Shown here: positions 1 to 10,180 of the stretch, in pieces
How positions within the stretch are numbered: the first letter of the stretch is position 1
How the letters are laid out: each line of letters begins with the position of its first letter
NCBI GenBank assembly: GCA_963695195.1
Contig: CAVOGE010000007.1
Coordinates: forward strand, 767,756 to 831,755
Source: an uncultured Chloroflexia bacterium
GTDB taxonomy: Bacteria > Chloroflexota > Limnocylindria > QHBO01
Direction: 5' to 3'
Length of the DNA: 64,000 nt
Made by a program: the position numbers and the translations under genes
The notes under the pieces: generated by a model
Database searches by the model: none
What the model was told of the DNA's origin: nothing
What the model saw: only the letters and a program-made list of their open reading frames with translations

Positions 1-447
1 ATCGGGATCGTCTTCCAGGACTTCCGTCTCCTGCCGGCCAAGACCGTCTTCGAGAATGTCGCGTTCGCGCTCGAGGTGACCGGGGCGACACGTCAGGAGA
101 TACGGCGGCGGGTTCCGCAGCTCCTCAACCTGGTGGGACTGCACGAGCACGACGACCACCTGCCGACGCAGCTCTCCGGCGGTGAGCTGCAGCGCGTCGC
201 GATCGCGCGCGCGCTGGTCCACGATCCCGCCATGCTGATCGCCGACGAACCGACCGGCAACCTCGATCCGGTCACCAGCTGGGAGATCATCCAGTTGTTG
301 ATCCAGATCAACACGATGGGCACCACCGTCCTGATGGCGACCCACAATCAGGAGATCGTCAACGCCATGCGCCGCCGCGTGCTGGCGCTCGAACACGGCG
401 CGCTGGTCCGCGATGAGGCCGGAGCCGCCTACGAGCGGGAGTACTGA
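1..447 (+). CDS. ftsE: Cell-division ABC ATPase FtsE (5'-partial, runs in from upstream of the window)
   Basis: Frame 1 is open from nt 1. ABC signature [15 protein letters not shown] and Walker [12 protein letters not shown] are present. Stop at 445-447, and ftsX starts 4 nt later. Confidence 0.9.
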   Translation: MGIVFQDFRLLPAKTVFENVAFALEVTGATRQEIRRRVPQLLNLVGLHEHDDHLPTQLSGGELQRVAIARALVHDPAMLIADEPTGNLDPVTSWEIIQLLIQINTMGTTVLMATHNQEIVNAMRRRVLALEHGALVRDEAGAAYEREY

Positions 448-450
448 CCG

Positions 451-1344
451 ATGCGCTTCATCCGCTTCGTGGCCTTCTCGATCGTGCGGGCATGGCAGGG
501 TTTCTGGCGCAACGCGATGATGAGCCTCGCCGCCACGGCGACGGTGGTGCTGATGCTCGTCCTCCTGTCGGGCCTGTTCATCGTGCTCGGCGGGCTGAAC
601 AGCGGCCTGGAGTTCATCGAGAGCAAGGTTGGCGTCACCGCCAGGCTGCGCGACCAGCTGCCGGACGCAGAGCTCCAGCCGCTCATCGCCGATGTGCGGA
701 CGCTGGACGGCGTCGCCGGGGTCGATTACATCAGTCCCGAGGTGGCGATGGACCGACTCCGCGACGCCTATCGGGAGCAGGGCCAGGTGCTCGACCTGGG
801 AGGGGCCGAGATCACGCTCTATGCGAGCCTGGAGATATCGCTGGATGAACCGAGCTTCGCCGAAGGGGTCGGCACCGCGCTCACCGGACGGCCCGAGATC
901 GAGCGCATCACGACCAGGCAGGTCGACTACGAGAAGCTGCTCGGCATCATCGGCGTCATTCGCACGGCCGGGATCGCCGCGCTCGGCCTGGTCGGGCTCA
1001 CCGTCCTGTTCATGATCGTGAACATGATCCGCATCGCGGTCTACAGCCGGTCGAGCGAGATCGAGATCATGCGCCTCGTCGGCGCCAGCGACTCGTTCAT
1101 CCGCTGGCCGTTCATCTTCGAAGGGATCCTGTGCGGGCTGCTTGGGGCGGTGATCACGATCCTTCTCGTCGCCGTGGCGTGGGACCCGATCCAGCCGATC
1201 ATGGTGCGCGTCTTCCAGATGCCAACTGCGGTGAGCAGCCAGTTCCTGGCGGTTCTATCTGCCGTCATCCTGGGCGTCGGGCTGGGGGTGGGGGCGATCG
1301 GCAGCTGGATCAGCGTTCGCTCCAACCTCTCGGCCGCCGGCTGA
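451..1344 (+). CDS. ftsX: Cell-division permease FtsX
   Basis: 297 aa with N-terminal TM, a periplasmic domain and three C-terminal TMs, typical FtsX topology. Immediately follows ftsE. Confidence 0.88.
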   Translation: MRFIRFVAFSIVRAWQGFWRNAMMSLAATATVVLMLVLLSGLFIVLGGLNSGLEFIESKVGVTARLRDQLPDAELQPLIADVRTLDGVAGVDYISPEVAMDRLRDAYREQGQVLDLGGAEITLYASLEISLDEPSFAEGVGTALTGRPEIERITTRQVDYEKLLGIIGVIRTAGIAALGLVGLTVLFMIVNMIRIAVYSRSSEIEIMRLVGASDSFIRWPFIFEGILCGLLGAVITILLVAVAWDPIQPIMVRVFQMPTAVSSQFLAVLSAVILGVGLGVGAIGSWISVRSNLSAAG

Positions 1345-1440
1345 GCGGCTCCGGACGCCGTCACGGCCCGGACCGGTAAGCGAAACGTAATGAGGCGATA
1401 ACCGGGCCACCGTGAGGCCAGTGCTACACTCCGGCCTCCC

Positions 1441-2838
1441 ATGTCCGAGCAGCCTGCGACGCACCCCGTCCCGGACCGGTCCGGTGACGCTCCCGCTGCG
1501 CCAGATCCGGTCACCGCTGGCCTCGGGCCAGAGGCCGCGCGCCTCCTTCCGACTTCCCCTCCTTCGCGCGCGAACGACCGCGGTGACCGGGGCTCGCCGA
1601 TCGCCTGGGTCGTCTCGCTGGTGCTGGCCAGCATGGTCGGTGCGCTGCTGTTCGCGGGCGGATACCTGGCCGCCGGCGCCGGAGATCGCGGCAGCGGCTG
1701 CGCGGCGCCGACCGAGGCCTTTGCCGCGCTCTGCGAGGCGTACGAGAAGCTGCAGAACCAGTTCGTTGATCGGCTGGACGACAAGACGCTGGTCGAGGGC
1801 GCCCTCAAGGGGATGTTCGAATACGGCGTCAAGGATCCGTTCAGTGGCTACATGACGCCGGAGGAGTACCAGCGCGCGCTCGGCTCGCTCTCCGGAAAGT
1901 TCAGCGGGATCGGCGCCGAGATGTCGGTGAAGAACCTGGAGAATCCCGACGACCTGGCTGCCTGTAGCCAGCTGTCGGAAATCTGCGCCCTGGTGATCGT
2001 GGCTCCGCTCGCGGACTCACCCGCCGAGGCGGCCGGCGTCCAATCTGGCGACATTGTGATCGCGGTGGATGGTGAGAGCGTCAATGGCTCCACCATGCAG
2101 GACCAGGTCGGCAAGGTCCGCGGCGAGGTGGGGACCGACGTGACGCTCACCCTGCGCCGCGGAGACGTGACGCTCGACGTGACGATCACCCGCGCCGAGA
2201 TCGTCCAGCGCGAGGTCACCAGCCGCATGATCGAGAGCCGGATCGGCTATGTCGCGCTGCACGGCTTCAGTCCGGACAGCCCGGAGCAGTTCCGCGAGGC
2301 GCTCCAGGGGCTCCTCGATGGGGGGGCGACGAGCTTCATCTTCGACCTGCGCGACAACCCGGGGGGATACATCGACGCGGCCAACGAGATCGCGTCGGAG
2401 TTCATCGGGTCCGGATTGATCTTCACCCAGGAGTCGTCAGGCGACCAGGTCAAGCGCTGGGAGGCGACGGGGAACGGCCTGCTGATCGACCAATCGATCG
2501 AGGTCGTGGTGCTCGTGAACAACGGCAGCGCCTCGGCATCCGAGATCGTGTCGGCGGCGCTCCAGGACCGCGGCCGCGCCATGGTCATCGGCCAGCCGAC
2601 ATATGGCAAGAACACCGTCCAGGTGTGGGCGCCGCTCGAGAACGACGGTGGCGTGCGGATCACCATCTCGCGCTGGTTCACCCCCGATCACCGGTCCGTC
2701 GCGCCCGACGGAGTGCAGCCGGACATCGCTGTGGAGATTCCCGACGGCACCCCGCCCGAGACCGACCTGATCCTCGACCGGGCTGTCCTGGAGCTGAGCG
2801 CCCCGACCGCGGGGCTGCTGGCCGAGATCGCCGCCTGA
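1441..2838 (+). CDS. S41 family C-terminal processing (tail-specific) protease with N-terminal TM and PDZ domain
   Basis: Motifs FDLRDNPGGY, VVLVNNGSASASEIVSAAL and GQPTYGKNTVQ are the catalytic Ser/Lys region of S41 peptidases. A PDZ-like segment sits at about aa 200-260. Confidence 0.85.
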   Translation: MSEQPATHPVPDRSGDAPAAPDPVTAGLGPEAARLLPTSPPSRANDRGDRGSPIAWVVSLVLASMVGALLFAGGYLAAGAGDRGSGCAAPTEAFAALCEAYEKLQNQFVDRLDDKTLVEGALKGMFEYGVKDPFSGYMTPEEYQRALGSLSGKFSGIGAEMSVKNLENPDDLAACSQLSEICALVIVAPLADSPAEAAGVQSGDIVIAVDGESVNGSTMQDQVGKVRGEVGTDVTLTLRRGDVTLDVTITRAEIVQREVTSRMIESRIGYVALHGFSPDSPEQFREALQGLLDGGATSFIFDLRDNPGGYIDAANEIASEFIGSGLIFTQESSGDQVKRWEATGNGLLIDQSIEVVVLVNNGSASASEIVSAALQDRGRAMVIGQPTYGKNTVQVWAPLENDGGVRITISRWFTPDHRSVAPDGVQPDIAVEIPDGTPPETDLILDRAVLELSAPTAGLLAEIAA

Positions 2839-2984
2839 GCCCATGTCCGCGCTTGGTCATTGCGCGGCCGCCTACCGGCTGGTAGCATCCCGCCCAACGA
2901 AAGGAGGTGGTGTGCAGTGAGCAGTTCCTGTCACGCCACCACCGAGGCGCTGCGCTAGCACGACCTCGCGTGGTTGCGACGGAG

Positions 2985-3016
2985 GAGCCGGCCGATACGG
3001 CCGGCTCTTTCCTTTC
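2985..3016 (+). terminator. Intrinsic terminator downstream of the S41 protease gene
   Basis: Perfect 9-bp GC stem GAGCCGGCC / GGCCGGCUC with a 5-nt loop, followed by UUUCCUUUCC. Confidence 0.55.
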
Positions 3017-3071
3017 CCCCCGAAGCCCCGACGCCACCGGCGTCCCACTAGGATTGACCCGAGCCAGACCG

Positions 3072-3530
3072 ATGCCCGACAAGACCGTCGCCGTCAACCG
3101 CCGCGCGCACTTCCAGTACGCCGTCGAGGAGACCCTCGAGGCGGGCATCGTGCTGACCGGGACCGAGATCAAATCGATACGTGCCGGTCGCGCCAACCTG
3201 GCCGAGGCGTACGCGCGGATCGATCACGGAGAGGCCTGGCTGATCGGCGCCCACATCGCCCCGTACGAACAGGGGAACCGGAACAACCATGAGCCGACGC
3301 GGGTCCGCAAGCTGTTGCTGCACCGCGACCAGATCGCCGAGCTGCTGGGGCGTACCAAGGCCAAGGGCTTCACCCTCGTCCCACTGAAGCTCTACATCAG
3401 GGGTGGGTTGGCGAAACTGGAGCTGGGGATCGCCAAGGGAAAGCAGACGCACGACAAGCGGCGAGTCATCGCCGAGCGGGACGCCCGCCGTAACCTGGAA
3501 CGCACGACCAAGGAGCGGATCAAGCTCTAG
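3072..3530 (+). CDS. smpB: SsrA-binding protein SmpB
   Basis: TGTEIKSIRAGRANL, VPLKLY and the basic C-terminal tail are diagnostic. The start ATG at 3072 is in frame with the longer six-frame ORF. Confidence 0.92.
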   Translation: MPDKTVAVNRRAHFQYAVEETLEAGIVLTGTEIKSIRAGRANLAEAYARIDHGEAWLIGAHIAPYEQGNRNNHEPTRVRKLLLHRDQIAELLGRTKAKGFTLVPLKLYIRGGLAKLELGIAKGKQTHDKRRVIAERDARRNLERTTKERIKL

Positions 3531-3584
3531 CGGCTCGAGGGGGCCTGGCGGGCGCGTGCTACCATTGGCCGGTTATCGGTCCGT

Positions 3585-3949
3585 GGGGATGTCAGGTTTC
3601 GACAGGGCTCAGGGACCGGGAACTGCAGGTCGAGGTCGCCCGCAGGTCCTCGTTAAACCGCGGGCAAGCCAGTAACTGGCACTAACAGTTACGCTCTCGC
3701 CGCCTAACTAGCGTCGAGCGTCAACACGGCCCTCTCTCGCCGGGCCGTGAAGGCGTCAAAAGGCGGGATGCGGCGTCGCCGACTCCGGTGAGCGACGTCA
3801 AAGGGGCCGCAAGGCCTGCCGGATAGCACGCGGAGCACCCCGCCGGTCGGGGGCCCGCAAGCGAAGCGCAAATTGGCCGGAAATACCTGTAGTACGTTCC
3901 CGGCGACTCGGTTCTGGACGGGGAGTTCGATTCTCCCCCATCTCCACCA
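3585..3949 (+). ncRNA. ssrA: tmRNA (ssrA), one-piece. Predicted tag reading frame ends ...GKPVTGTNSYALAA-stop (3663..3707).
   Basis: 5' end GGGGAUGUCAGGUUUCGACAGGG matches the tmRNA consensus. 3' end GGACGGGGAGUUCGAUUCUCCCCCAUCUCCACCA has a T-arm and CCA. The acceptor stem pairs 5' GGGGAUG with 3' CAUCUCC and includes the G3.U wobble needed for alanylation. An internal ORF ends YALAA-TAA. Located directly after smpB. Confidence 0.9.
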
Positions 3950-4053
3950 AACAGACGACCATGCGCCCGCGCTGTGGGTGGTGGGGCTTCCCCCCCATGC
4001 TACGGTTACCCTCGGCTCACGGCGGGGGAACCAGCGTGGAGGACGGAGGACCG

Positions 4054-4464
4054 ATGGACTTCTCGAAGCTAACCTCGTTCGACCGAACGGCGGCATTCGC
4101 CGGGATTGCGGTGGTCGTCTCGGGAATCGTCGCCAACATCATGAGCGACTGGGGCGACCTCTACTGGCTTGCCATCATTGCCGCGGCACTGACCGTGATC
4201 CTGGTCTTCCTGCCGCAGATCGCTCCGAACACGAAGGCTCCAGGCTCGAAAGGGAGCCTCCTGCTGCTGCTCGGCGGCATCGCCGGCGCCGCAGCGGTGC
4301 TCTACGCCCTCCAGTGGATGGGCTACATCACCAAGTACATCGCCGACGTTGACACCATCCTGTTCCTTGTCGGTCTCGTCGGGTCGGTAATGCTTGCCCT
4401 GAACGGATGGCGGGCGTTCCAGGCCGAGGGTGGCAAGTTCCAGCTCGGCGGCGGCAAGCAATGA
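4054..4464 (+). CDS. Small polytopic membrane protein, paralog 1 (unknown family)
   Basis: GGAGGA sits 5 nt upstream of ATG. N-terminus MDFSKL, conserved LPQxxPxTKxPGSKGSL and C-terminal FQAEGGKF are shared with the downstream paralog. Confidence 0.6.
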   Translation: MDFSKLTSFDRTAAFAGIAVVVSGIVANIMSDWGDLYWLAIIAAALTVILVFLPQIAPNTKAPGSKGSLLLLLGGIAGAAAVLYALQWMGYITKYIADVDTILFLVGLVGSVMLALNGWRAFQAEGGKFQLGGGKQ

Positions 4465-4654
4465 AGCCCGCCCGCAAGGGCTGACGCGGCTCCGGGGCTT
4501 CGGCGTCTCGGCATCGACAGTGCGCGGCCGACGGCCGATTGGTGTGGCCGTCTGCCTATGAAGCCGCCGCTCCCTGTGCTAAGGTGCCGGCCAAGCGGCA
4601 CGCCCATGGCGCTCCACGCATCGTCGCCGCGTTGAAATCGGAGGCAAGCCTTAC

Positions 4655-5173
4655 ATGGACTTCTCCAAGCTCGGCAAGAACGAGAAGCTGGCGAGCATCG
4701 GGGCGGTTGTCGCCATCGTCGGCGGGTTGGTCGGCGGTATTGGGGGTGGTGGGCTCGGTTTGCTGACCGCGATCCTCATGCTCGTGATCGTCTTCCTGCC
4801 GCAGTTCTCGCCACAAACGAAGCTCCCCGGATCAAAGGGGAGCCTGATGCTGCTGGTTGGCGGTGGCGCCGGCATCGGTGCGCTGCTAGCGCTCCTCGCC
4901 TGGCTCCCGTACCTCTCCATTCTCGGCTCGTACTTCTTCGGATACCTGGCGAGCATCGTCGGCGGACTGCTGATGGGCTGGGCCGGCTGGAGCGAGTTCC
5001 AGGCTGAGGGCGGCAAGTTCAACATCGGGATGGCGAGCACGCCTCCCGCCGCTCCCCCGGCACCGATGGCACCTCCCGCCGCTCCCCCGGCACCGATGGC
5101 TCAGCCGATGGCTCAGCCGATGGCCGATCCAATGGCGGACGATGGCGGTTCCGATGAGGAACCGGCGAGCTAG
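4655..5173 (+). CDS. Small polytopic membrane protein, paralog 2, with a repeat-encoded Pro/Ala/Met-rich acidic C-terminal tail
   Basis: GGAGG sits 9 nt upstream. Same MDFSKL...PGSKGSL...FQAEGGKF framework as 4054..4464. The tail is encoded by perfect 30-nt and 12-nt tandem repeats. Confidence 0.6.
   Translation: MDFSKLGKNEKLASIGAVVAIVGGLVGGIGGGGLGLLTAILMLVIVFLPQFSPQTKLPGSKGSLMLLVGGGAGIGALLALLAWLPYLSILGSYFFGYLASIVGGLLMGWAGWSEFQAEGGKFNIGMASTPPAAPPAPMAPPAAPPAPMAQPMAQPMADPMADDGGSDEEPAS
5042..5125 (+). repeat. In-frame tandem repeats inside the paralog-2 gene: 2 x 30 nt, then 2 x 12 nt plus degenerate copies
   Basis: cctcccgccgctcccccggcaccgatggca occurs twice back to back, then cagccgatggct twice. 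These encode PPAAPPAPMA x2 and QPMA x2. Confidence 0.8.
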
Positions 5174-5186
5174 CTTCCGCGCCGGC

Positions 5187-5663
5187 TCACCCGGCACCTG
5201 AGCCGGGCGTCACCAGGGCCTGGTACGCACCCAGGAGCAGGTCGACCGGGTCGGCCTGCTCCTTTGCTTCCGGCCGCACGCTGCCGGCGTAGGCGTTCAG
5301 CAGGTTCACCACCGCATCGCTCGCAAGACCGTCATCGATGGCATCCACCGCCTCGTGCGCGCGCTCGACCACCCGCGGTTCCGTCTCGGTCGCGGCGAGC
5401 CAGCCGAGCAGCCCCGCCAGGTCGGCCTGGGTCGCCTCCAGCAAGACAGGCGGATCCAGGAGCAGGTCCGCGAAGTGAGCCGCGGCCGCAGCGATCAGCA
5501 GCACGCGCCCGGTAGCGCTCGCGGTGGCCGGCCATGTGCGAACCGTTCCGTCCGCGTCGCCGAAGACGAGCTCCCAACCGGACGCGCCGCGGCGTGCCCC
5601 CACCCAGGGGCCTTCGGACGACAGCCGTCCGAAGGCGCTGACCGAATGGGCCGAGTCGGCCAT
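5187..5663 (-). CDS. Hypothetical protein (158 aa) immediately downstream of jag
   Basis: ORF only. Starts 8 nt after the jag stop with no clear SD and no recognisable motifs. Confidence 0.4.
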   Translation of the reverse strand: MADSAHSVSAFGRLSSEGPWVGARRGASGWELVFGDADGTVRTWPATASATGRVLLIAAAAAHFADLLLDPPVLLEATQADLAGLLGWLAATETEPRVVERAHEAVDAIDDGLASDAVVNLLNAYAGSVRPEAKEQADPVDLLLGAYQALVTPGSGAG

Positions 5664-5671
5664 GGGGGGAG

Positions 5672-6685
5672 CTAGGACTCCACCTTTCCGGCGGGCAGGA
5701 TGACGATCCGGCGTCCCGGCTCAACGCCGACGCTCTGGGTGCGCACCTTCGGGTTCTCGACGAGCGCCATGTGCACGATGCGGCGCTCGATCGCCGGCAT
5801 TGCCTCGAGTTGAATGATCTTGCCGGTCTGGATCACTCGCTTGGCGGCCCGCTCGGCCACGTCGCGAAGCTGCTCCTCGCGGCGCGTGCGGTACCCCTCG
5901 ACATCCACGGCGATGCGGTTGTACTCGCCCTCGCGCTTGGCCACGATCAGGTTGACGATGTGCTGCAGGCTGGCCAGCTTCTCGCCGCGGCGACCGATCA
6001 GGACACCCAGGTCGGAGCCCCGCACGTTCAGCCGGGCGGTCTCGCCGCCGGTCGCGATCTCGACGTCGCCAGGGACATCCATCAGGCGCAGAAGCTCTTC
6101 GAGGACCGTCTTCGCCTGTTCGACCGCGCTTCGCTCCTTGTCCGTCAACTCCTCCAGGGGCTTCCCGGGGATGAACGGGGCCGGTTCACGCTGTGGGCGG
6201 TCGCCCTGGTCGGGGCGTGGTTCGCGTGGCGGACGATCGCCGCGATCACGATGGGGGCGCTCGGAGCGGCCGCTGCGCGCGGGACGATCGCCCCGCCCGG
6301 ACCCGCCACGACCGCCGCGAGCATATCCATCGTCGCTCCGCGCAGAATCGGGGGGCGGTGGCACGTCGCTGGGCGCATCGCTCGGCGTCGCCGGGGCAAC
6401 GGCGACCGCCTCCTCGACGACCTCAGCGGGTGTGGCGGGGGCGCTCGCCTCGCTGCGCGGTTCGGCTGCCTGCGGAGCTTCAGGGGCACGCACCGTCTTT
6501 GCTGCGGCCACGGCCGACTTGGGGGCCGCCAGGATGCGCGCCTCCTCGCCGCCGACGCCCAGGATGCCACGGCTGCCCTGCGCCAGGATCTCGATGTCGA
6601 GGTCGCTCAGGTCCGCGCTGAACTCCTTCATCGCGGAACGGATCGCCTCCTCGACGTTCTTGCCGTTGAATTCGCGGAATGTCAT
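5672..6685 (-). CDS. jag: Jag/KhpB RNA-binding protein (Jag_N, KH and R3H domains)
   Basis: N-terminus MTFREFNGKNVEEAI is a Jag_N domain. A long low-complexity Arg/Pro/Asp linker follows. The C-terminal KH and R3H region is recognisable (VIGRRGEKLASLQHIV...). The start overlaps the yidC stop by 4 nt. Confidence 0.85.
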   Translation of the reverse strand: MTFREFNGKNVEEAIRSAMKEFSADLSDLDIEILAQGSRGILGVGGEEARILAAPKSAVAAAKTVRAPEAPQAAEPRSEASAPATPAEVVEEAVAVAPATPSDAPSDVPPPPDSARSDDGYARGGRGGSGRGDRPARSGRSERPHRDRGDRPPREPRPDQGDRPQREPAPFIPGKPLEELTDKERSAVEQAKTVLEELLRLMDVPGDVEIATGGETARLNVRGSDLGVLIGRRGEKLASLQHIVNLIVAKREGEYNRIAVDVEGYRTRREEQLRDVAERAAKRVIQTGKIIQLEAMPAIERRIVHMALVENPKVRTQSVGVEPGRRIVILPAGKVES

Positions 6686-7815
6686 CGCTTTCGGCCTCGT
6701 CGCTTCTTCTTGCCGCCGGGGCGCTGGCCGGGCCGCGTGGCGCCGGGTGCCCCAGGGCGGGGGGTGGAGGGCTGCCGGGTCTCGTTCTTCGCGTCGCCGC
6801 CTTCCGCACCCTCGCGGCGCGGGGGCGCCGCCAGTAGCGTGCCTTCCGGCACGGGCGCGAAGCGCGGGTGCCATCCGAAGAGCGGGAAGAGGTTGCCGAA
6901 GCCCATGATCGTGTACTGCTGGACGATGAGATAGGCGGTGTAGACGACCCAGTAGAGGATCAGTCCGCTCGGGAAGAGGCCGCCCCACCAGATCGTCAAC
7001 AGCGGGAAGAGATAGGTCATCGTGTTCGTCGTGGACGACGTTGGGTCGCCCTCGATCGGCTTGGGGCTGGTCATGCGCACCTGCACGAACTGCAGGATCG
7101 CCGCGGCGACGGCCAGCCCGGAGAGGGCGAAGCCGCCCAGGCTCACGGAGAAGACGTGATCGATCTGGGCGAGGTCCAGTCCGAACAGCCACGTCACCGA
7201 GGTCTGCACCGGCTCGGAGAGCTTCAGCGGGTCGATCAGCTGGCAGTTGAGGGGCAGGAAGTGGCTGAACTCGCCGTTGAAGGCAGGGAGGTCACACACG
7301 CCGGCGATCGGGGCCCGGAACTGTGTCGTCGAGCCGGCAAGCGCCGTGATGCCCGGCACAGCGTCCTGCAGCTTGCTGAAGGCGTCGGATGCCGCCTGTT
7401 CGGCAGTGATGGTCACCACGTTTGAGGCACGGATGAGGGCCTGGTAGAGGGCGAACAGGAGGGGCAGCTGGATCAGGAGCGGGAGGCACCCGGCCGCCGG
7501 GTTGACGCCGTGCTCCCGATAGAGAACCTGCGTCTCCTCGGCGATCTTGGTGCGGTTGCCCTTGTGCTTGCGCTGCACCTCACGGATGAGCGGCGCCATC
7601 CGCTGCGCCTCACGCTGCGACCGGATCTGCCGCACGAAGAGCGGCGCGAGGATGGTGCGGATGACGATGGTGAAGACGATGATCGCCAGCGCGAAATCGC
7701 TGAAGATCAGGTGGTAGAAGCCGATCAGCAGGTTGAAGAGGGGGAGGAAGAAGAGATCCCATGGCGGCGTGAAGTGCTCGACCCCCAGGAAGCCGGCGCC
7801 GATGATTGGGCTCAA
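6682..7815 (-). CDS. yidC: Membrane protein insertase YidC (short Gram-positive type)
   Basis: Conserved YidC/Oxa1 core LAPLFVRQIRSQREAQRMAPL and GCLPLLIQLPLLFALYQAL. Basic C-terminal tail GKKKRRGRKR. Confidence 0.9.
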   Translation of the reverse strand: MSPIIGAGFLGVEHFTPPWDLFFLPLFNLLIGFYHLIFSDFALAIIVFTIVIRTILAPLFVRQIRSQREAQRMAPLIREVQRKHKGNRTKIAEETQVLYREHGVNPAAGCLPLLIQLPLLFALYQALIRASNVVTITAEQAASDAFSKLQDAVPGITALAGSTTQFRAPIAGVCDLPAFNGEFSHFLPLNCQLIDPLKLSEPVQTSVTWLFGLDLAQIDHVFSVSLGGFALSGLAVAAAILQFVQVRMTSPKPIEGDPTSSTTNTMTYLFPLLTIWWGGLFPSGLILYWVVYTAYLIVQQYTIMGFGNLFPLFGWHPRFAPVPEGTLLAAPPRREGAEGGDAKNETRQPSTPRPGAPGATRPGQRPGGKKKRRGRKR

Positions 7816-7830
7816 GGTGTGCGGATCTCC

Positions 7831-8037
7831 CTAGCGAACCGGATCATGGCCGCCAGGATGGAGCGGATGGCAGCGCCCGATGCGCTTGGCGCCCATCCAG
7901 CTCCCCTTCAGCAGCCCATAGCGCTCGATGGCGGTGTAGGTGTACTGCGAGCAGCTCGGCGTGTAGCGGCATGACGGCGGCATCCACGCGAAGAGCCGCT
8001 GGTATGCCCTGATCAATCCCAGGCCGATCATTCTCAT
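7831..8037 (-). CDS. yidD: Membrane protein insertion efficiency factor YidD
   Basis: 68 aa with the motif [19 protein letters not shown]. Confidence 0.85.
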   Translation of the reverse strand: MRMIGLGLIRAYQRLFAWMPPSCRYTPSCSQYTYTAIERYGLLKGSWMGAKRIGRCHPLHPGGHDPVR

Positions 8038-8369
8038 CCACGAATCCCCGATCGCTCCACGAGCGACCGAACTGCCTCCCTGAGCTCGTCATGGCTCACC
8101 CTTGCGGCCTCCGGTCGGGCGACCACGAGGAGGTCCCAGCCCGATCCGAGGGTGCCGATCTGCTCCCGTAGCACCTGCCGCAGCCGGCGCCTCACCAGAT
8201 TGCGCTGAACTGCGCCGCCGAGAGATCGCGGGGTGCTGAGCCCGACCCTTGTCGCCGAGCCGCCGGTCCGCAGCGAGCGGAGGACCAGCAGCCGGTTCGA
8301 GCGGGCAGTGCCCTGGCGACTGAGGGCGTCGAAATCCGCCTTGCGCCGCAGCATGACAAGGGGCGGCAC
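8034..8369 (-). CDS. rnpA: RNase P protein component
   Basis: 111 aa basic protein. Sits between rpmH and yidD and overlaps yidD by 4 nt. Confidence 0.85.
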   Translation of the reverse strand: MPPLVMLRRKADFDALSRQGTARSNRLLVLRSLRTGGSATRVGLSTPRSLGGAVQRNLVRRRLRQVLREQIGTLGSGWDLLVVARPEAARVSHDELREAVRSLVERSGIRG

Positions 8370-8386
8370 GGCGGGTCTCGTCGCCG

Positions 8387-8521
8387 TCAGACGCTCAGCT
8401 TCTCGCGCCCCTTGGCTCGGCGCCGGGCCAACACGCGACGACCGCCCTTCGAAGACATGCGAGCGCGGAAGCCATGTTCGCGCTTCCGGGCGCGCTTCTT
8501 GGGCTGATAGGTCCTCTTCAT
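8387..8521 (-). CDS. rpmH: 50S ribosomal protein L34
   Basis: [44 protein letters not shown] is essentially the L34 consensus. Confidence 0.93.
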   Translation of the reverse strand: MKRTYQPKKRARKREHGFRARMSSKGGRRVLARRRAKGREKLSV

Positions 8522-8839
8522 CGTCGGTGCGTGCTTCCCTCGTTCAGCGGCGGCGAAACAGGTCCGATAACACACGAACGGCTGGCACGCTCGCCAGCCT
8601 CACGCGATCTCCCCCTCGCGGGTACCCGTCTCACTCTGCGAGCGGATTCTACCGATGGCGCCGTAGGAGTGTCAAACCTCAACGGACTTCTCGGAGAATC
8701 CATTGCCGGCTCGGAATGGCTGCTGCTACACTACCGCGACCCCTGAGCAACGGCCCCCAAGAGCCGGGTCTCGTGCGCCCCGGGGGAAGTTCGAATGCCC
8801 CGGGAGCCCTGGCAGAGATCGGTTGGGAGACGGCTATTG

Positions 8840-10180
8840 ATGGATGCGAAGCAGGTGTGGCGTGCCGTCCTCGGTGAGCTGCAGGTCAGCCTCTCGCCGG
8901 CCAATTTCGAGACCTGGCTGAAGGACACGTCCCTCGTCGACCTCGACGAGAACCGCTATCGCATCGCAGCGCCAAACGGCTTCGCGCGCGACTGGCTCGA
9001 CAACCGCTATCGGACCCTCGTCAGCCAGACCCTGGCGCGCGTGGTCGGCGGATCGGTCCAGGTCGAGTTCGTGGTCGCAGACGCGCCGGGTCCGGTCCCC
9101 GCGCAGGCCGACGATGACACGCTCCCCCTGCCCCCGGCATCCGCGGGCGGCAACACGGTCAACCTCAGCGGCCGCTACGCCTTCAGCAACTTCATCGTCG
9201 GGAGCGCCAATCGCCTGGCGCATGCCGCCGCCCTCTCAGTCGCCGAGCGGCCCGGGCACGCCTACAACCCGCTCTTCCTCTACGGCGGAGTAGGGCTGGG
9301 CAAGACCCACCTGATGCACGCAATCGGCAACGCGGTCGCGGCGAAGTTCCCACGCAAGCGGATCCTGTACGCGACCAGCGAGAAGTTCACCAACGACTTC
9401 ATCAACTCCATCCGCGAGCAGAAGATGGAGGACTTCCGGAACCGGTACCGCCGCATCGACGTGCTGCTGATCGACGACATCCAGTTCATCGCCGATCGCG
9501 AACGGACCCAGGAGGAGTTCTTCCACACCTTCAACACGATCCACGAGGCCGGCAAGCAGATCGTGCTCTCCAGTGACCGGCCACCCAAGGCGATCACCAC
9601 CCTGGAGGAGCGGCTTCGCTCCCGGTTCGAGTGGGGCCTGATCGCCGACCTGACGCCGCCGGACCTGGAGACCCGCATCGCCATCCTGCGGAGCAAGGCC
9701 GAGGACCAGGTGAACCTGATCCCGGGCGAGGTGATCGAGTTCATCGCCCGCAAGGTGGTGAGCAACGTCCGTGAGCTCGAAGGTGCGCTCAACCGGGTCG
9801 TCGCGTACGCCAGCATGTCCGGCATGCCGATCAACAACGAGCTGGCGAGCGCGGTGCTCAGCAACGTCATGTACAACCCCAAGAAGCGCTCGATCACTCC
9901 GCAACGGATCGTGCGCGCGGTTGCCGACTACTACGGCGTGAACCTGGACCAGCTGCGCTCCAGCAAGCGTGATCGCGCGATCGTGGTCCCGCGACAGATC
10001 GCCATGTACCTGATCCGCGAGGAGACCGACATCTCGCTGCTGCGGATCGGCGCCGAGCTGGGCGGTCGAGACCATTCCACGGTGCTGCACGCCTACGACA
10101 AGATTGCCCGAGAGTTGCTCGACAACGACGAGATGCGCCGCGAGGTGAGCGCGGTGCGCGAGATGATCTACTCCGATTGA
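8840..10180 (+). CDS. dnaA: Chromosomal replication initiator DnaA
   Basis: Walker [14 protein letters not shown]+ sensor motifs, and the C-terminal DnaA-box binding helix VLHAYDKI. Confidence 0.95.
   Translation: MDAKQVWRAVLGELQVSLSPANFETWLKDTSLVDLDENRYRIAAPNGFARDWLDNRYRTLVSQTLARVVGGSVQVEFVVADAPGPVPAQADDDTLPLPPASAGGNTVNLSGRYAFSNFIVGSANRLAHAAALSVAERPGHAYNPLFLYGGVGLGKTHLMHAIGNAVAAKFPRKRILYATSEKFTNDFINSIREQKMEDFRNRYRRIDVLLIDDIQFIADRERTQEEFFHTFNTIHEAGKQIVLSSDRPPKAITTLEERLRSRFEWGLIADLTPPDLETRIAILRSKAEDQVNLIPGEVIEFIARKVVSNVRELEGALNRVVAYASMSGMPINNELASAVLSNVMYNPKKRSITPQRIVRAVADYYGVNLDQLRSSKRDRAIVVPRQIAMYLIREETDISLLRIGAELGGRDHSTVLHAYDKIARELLDNDEMRREVSAVREMIYSD

Noticed and set aside
3950-4053. Possible genomic island or integrase at the tmRNA 3' end
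   Set aside because: No integrase, no direct repeat of the tmRNA 3' terminus, and no compositional shift. The downstream genes are small membrane proteins with their own RBS.
5771-6934. 387-aa and 364-aa plus-strand ORFs antisense to jag and yidC
   Set aside because: The minus-strand frames encode clear Jag (Jag_N, KH, R3H) and YidC cores. The plus frames are low-complexity.
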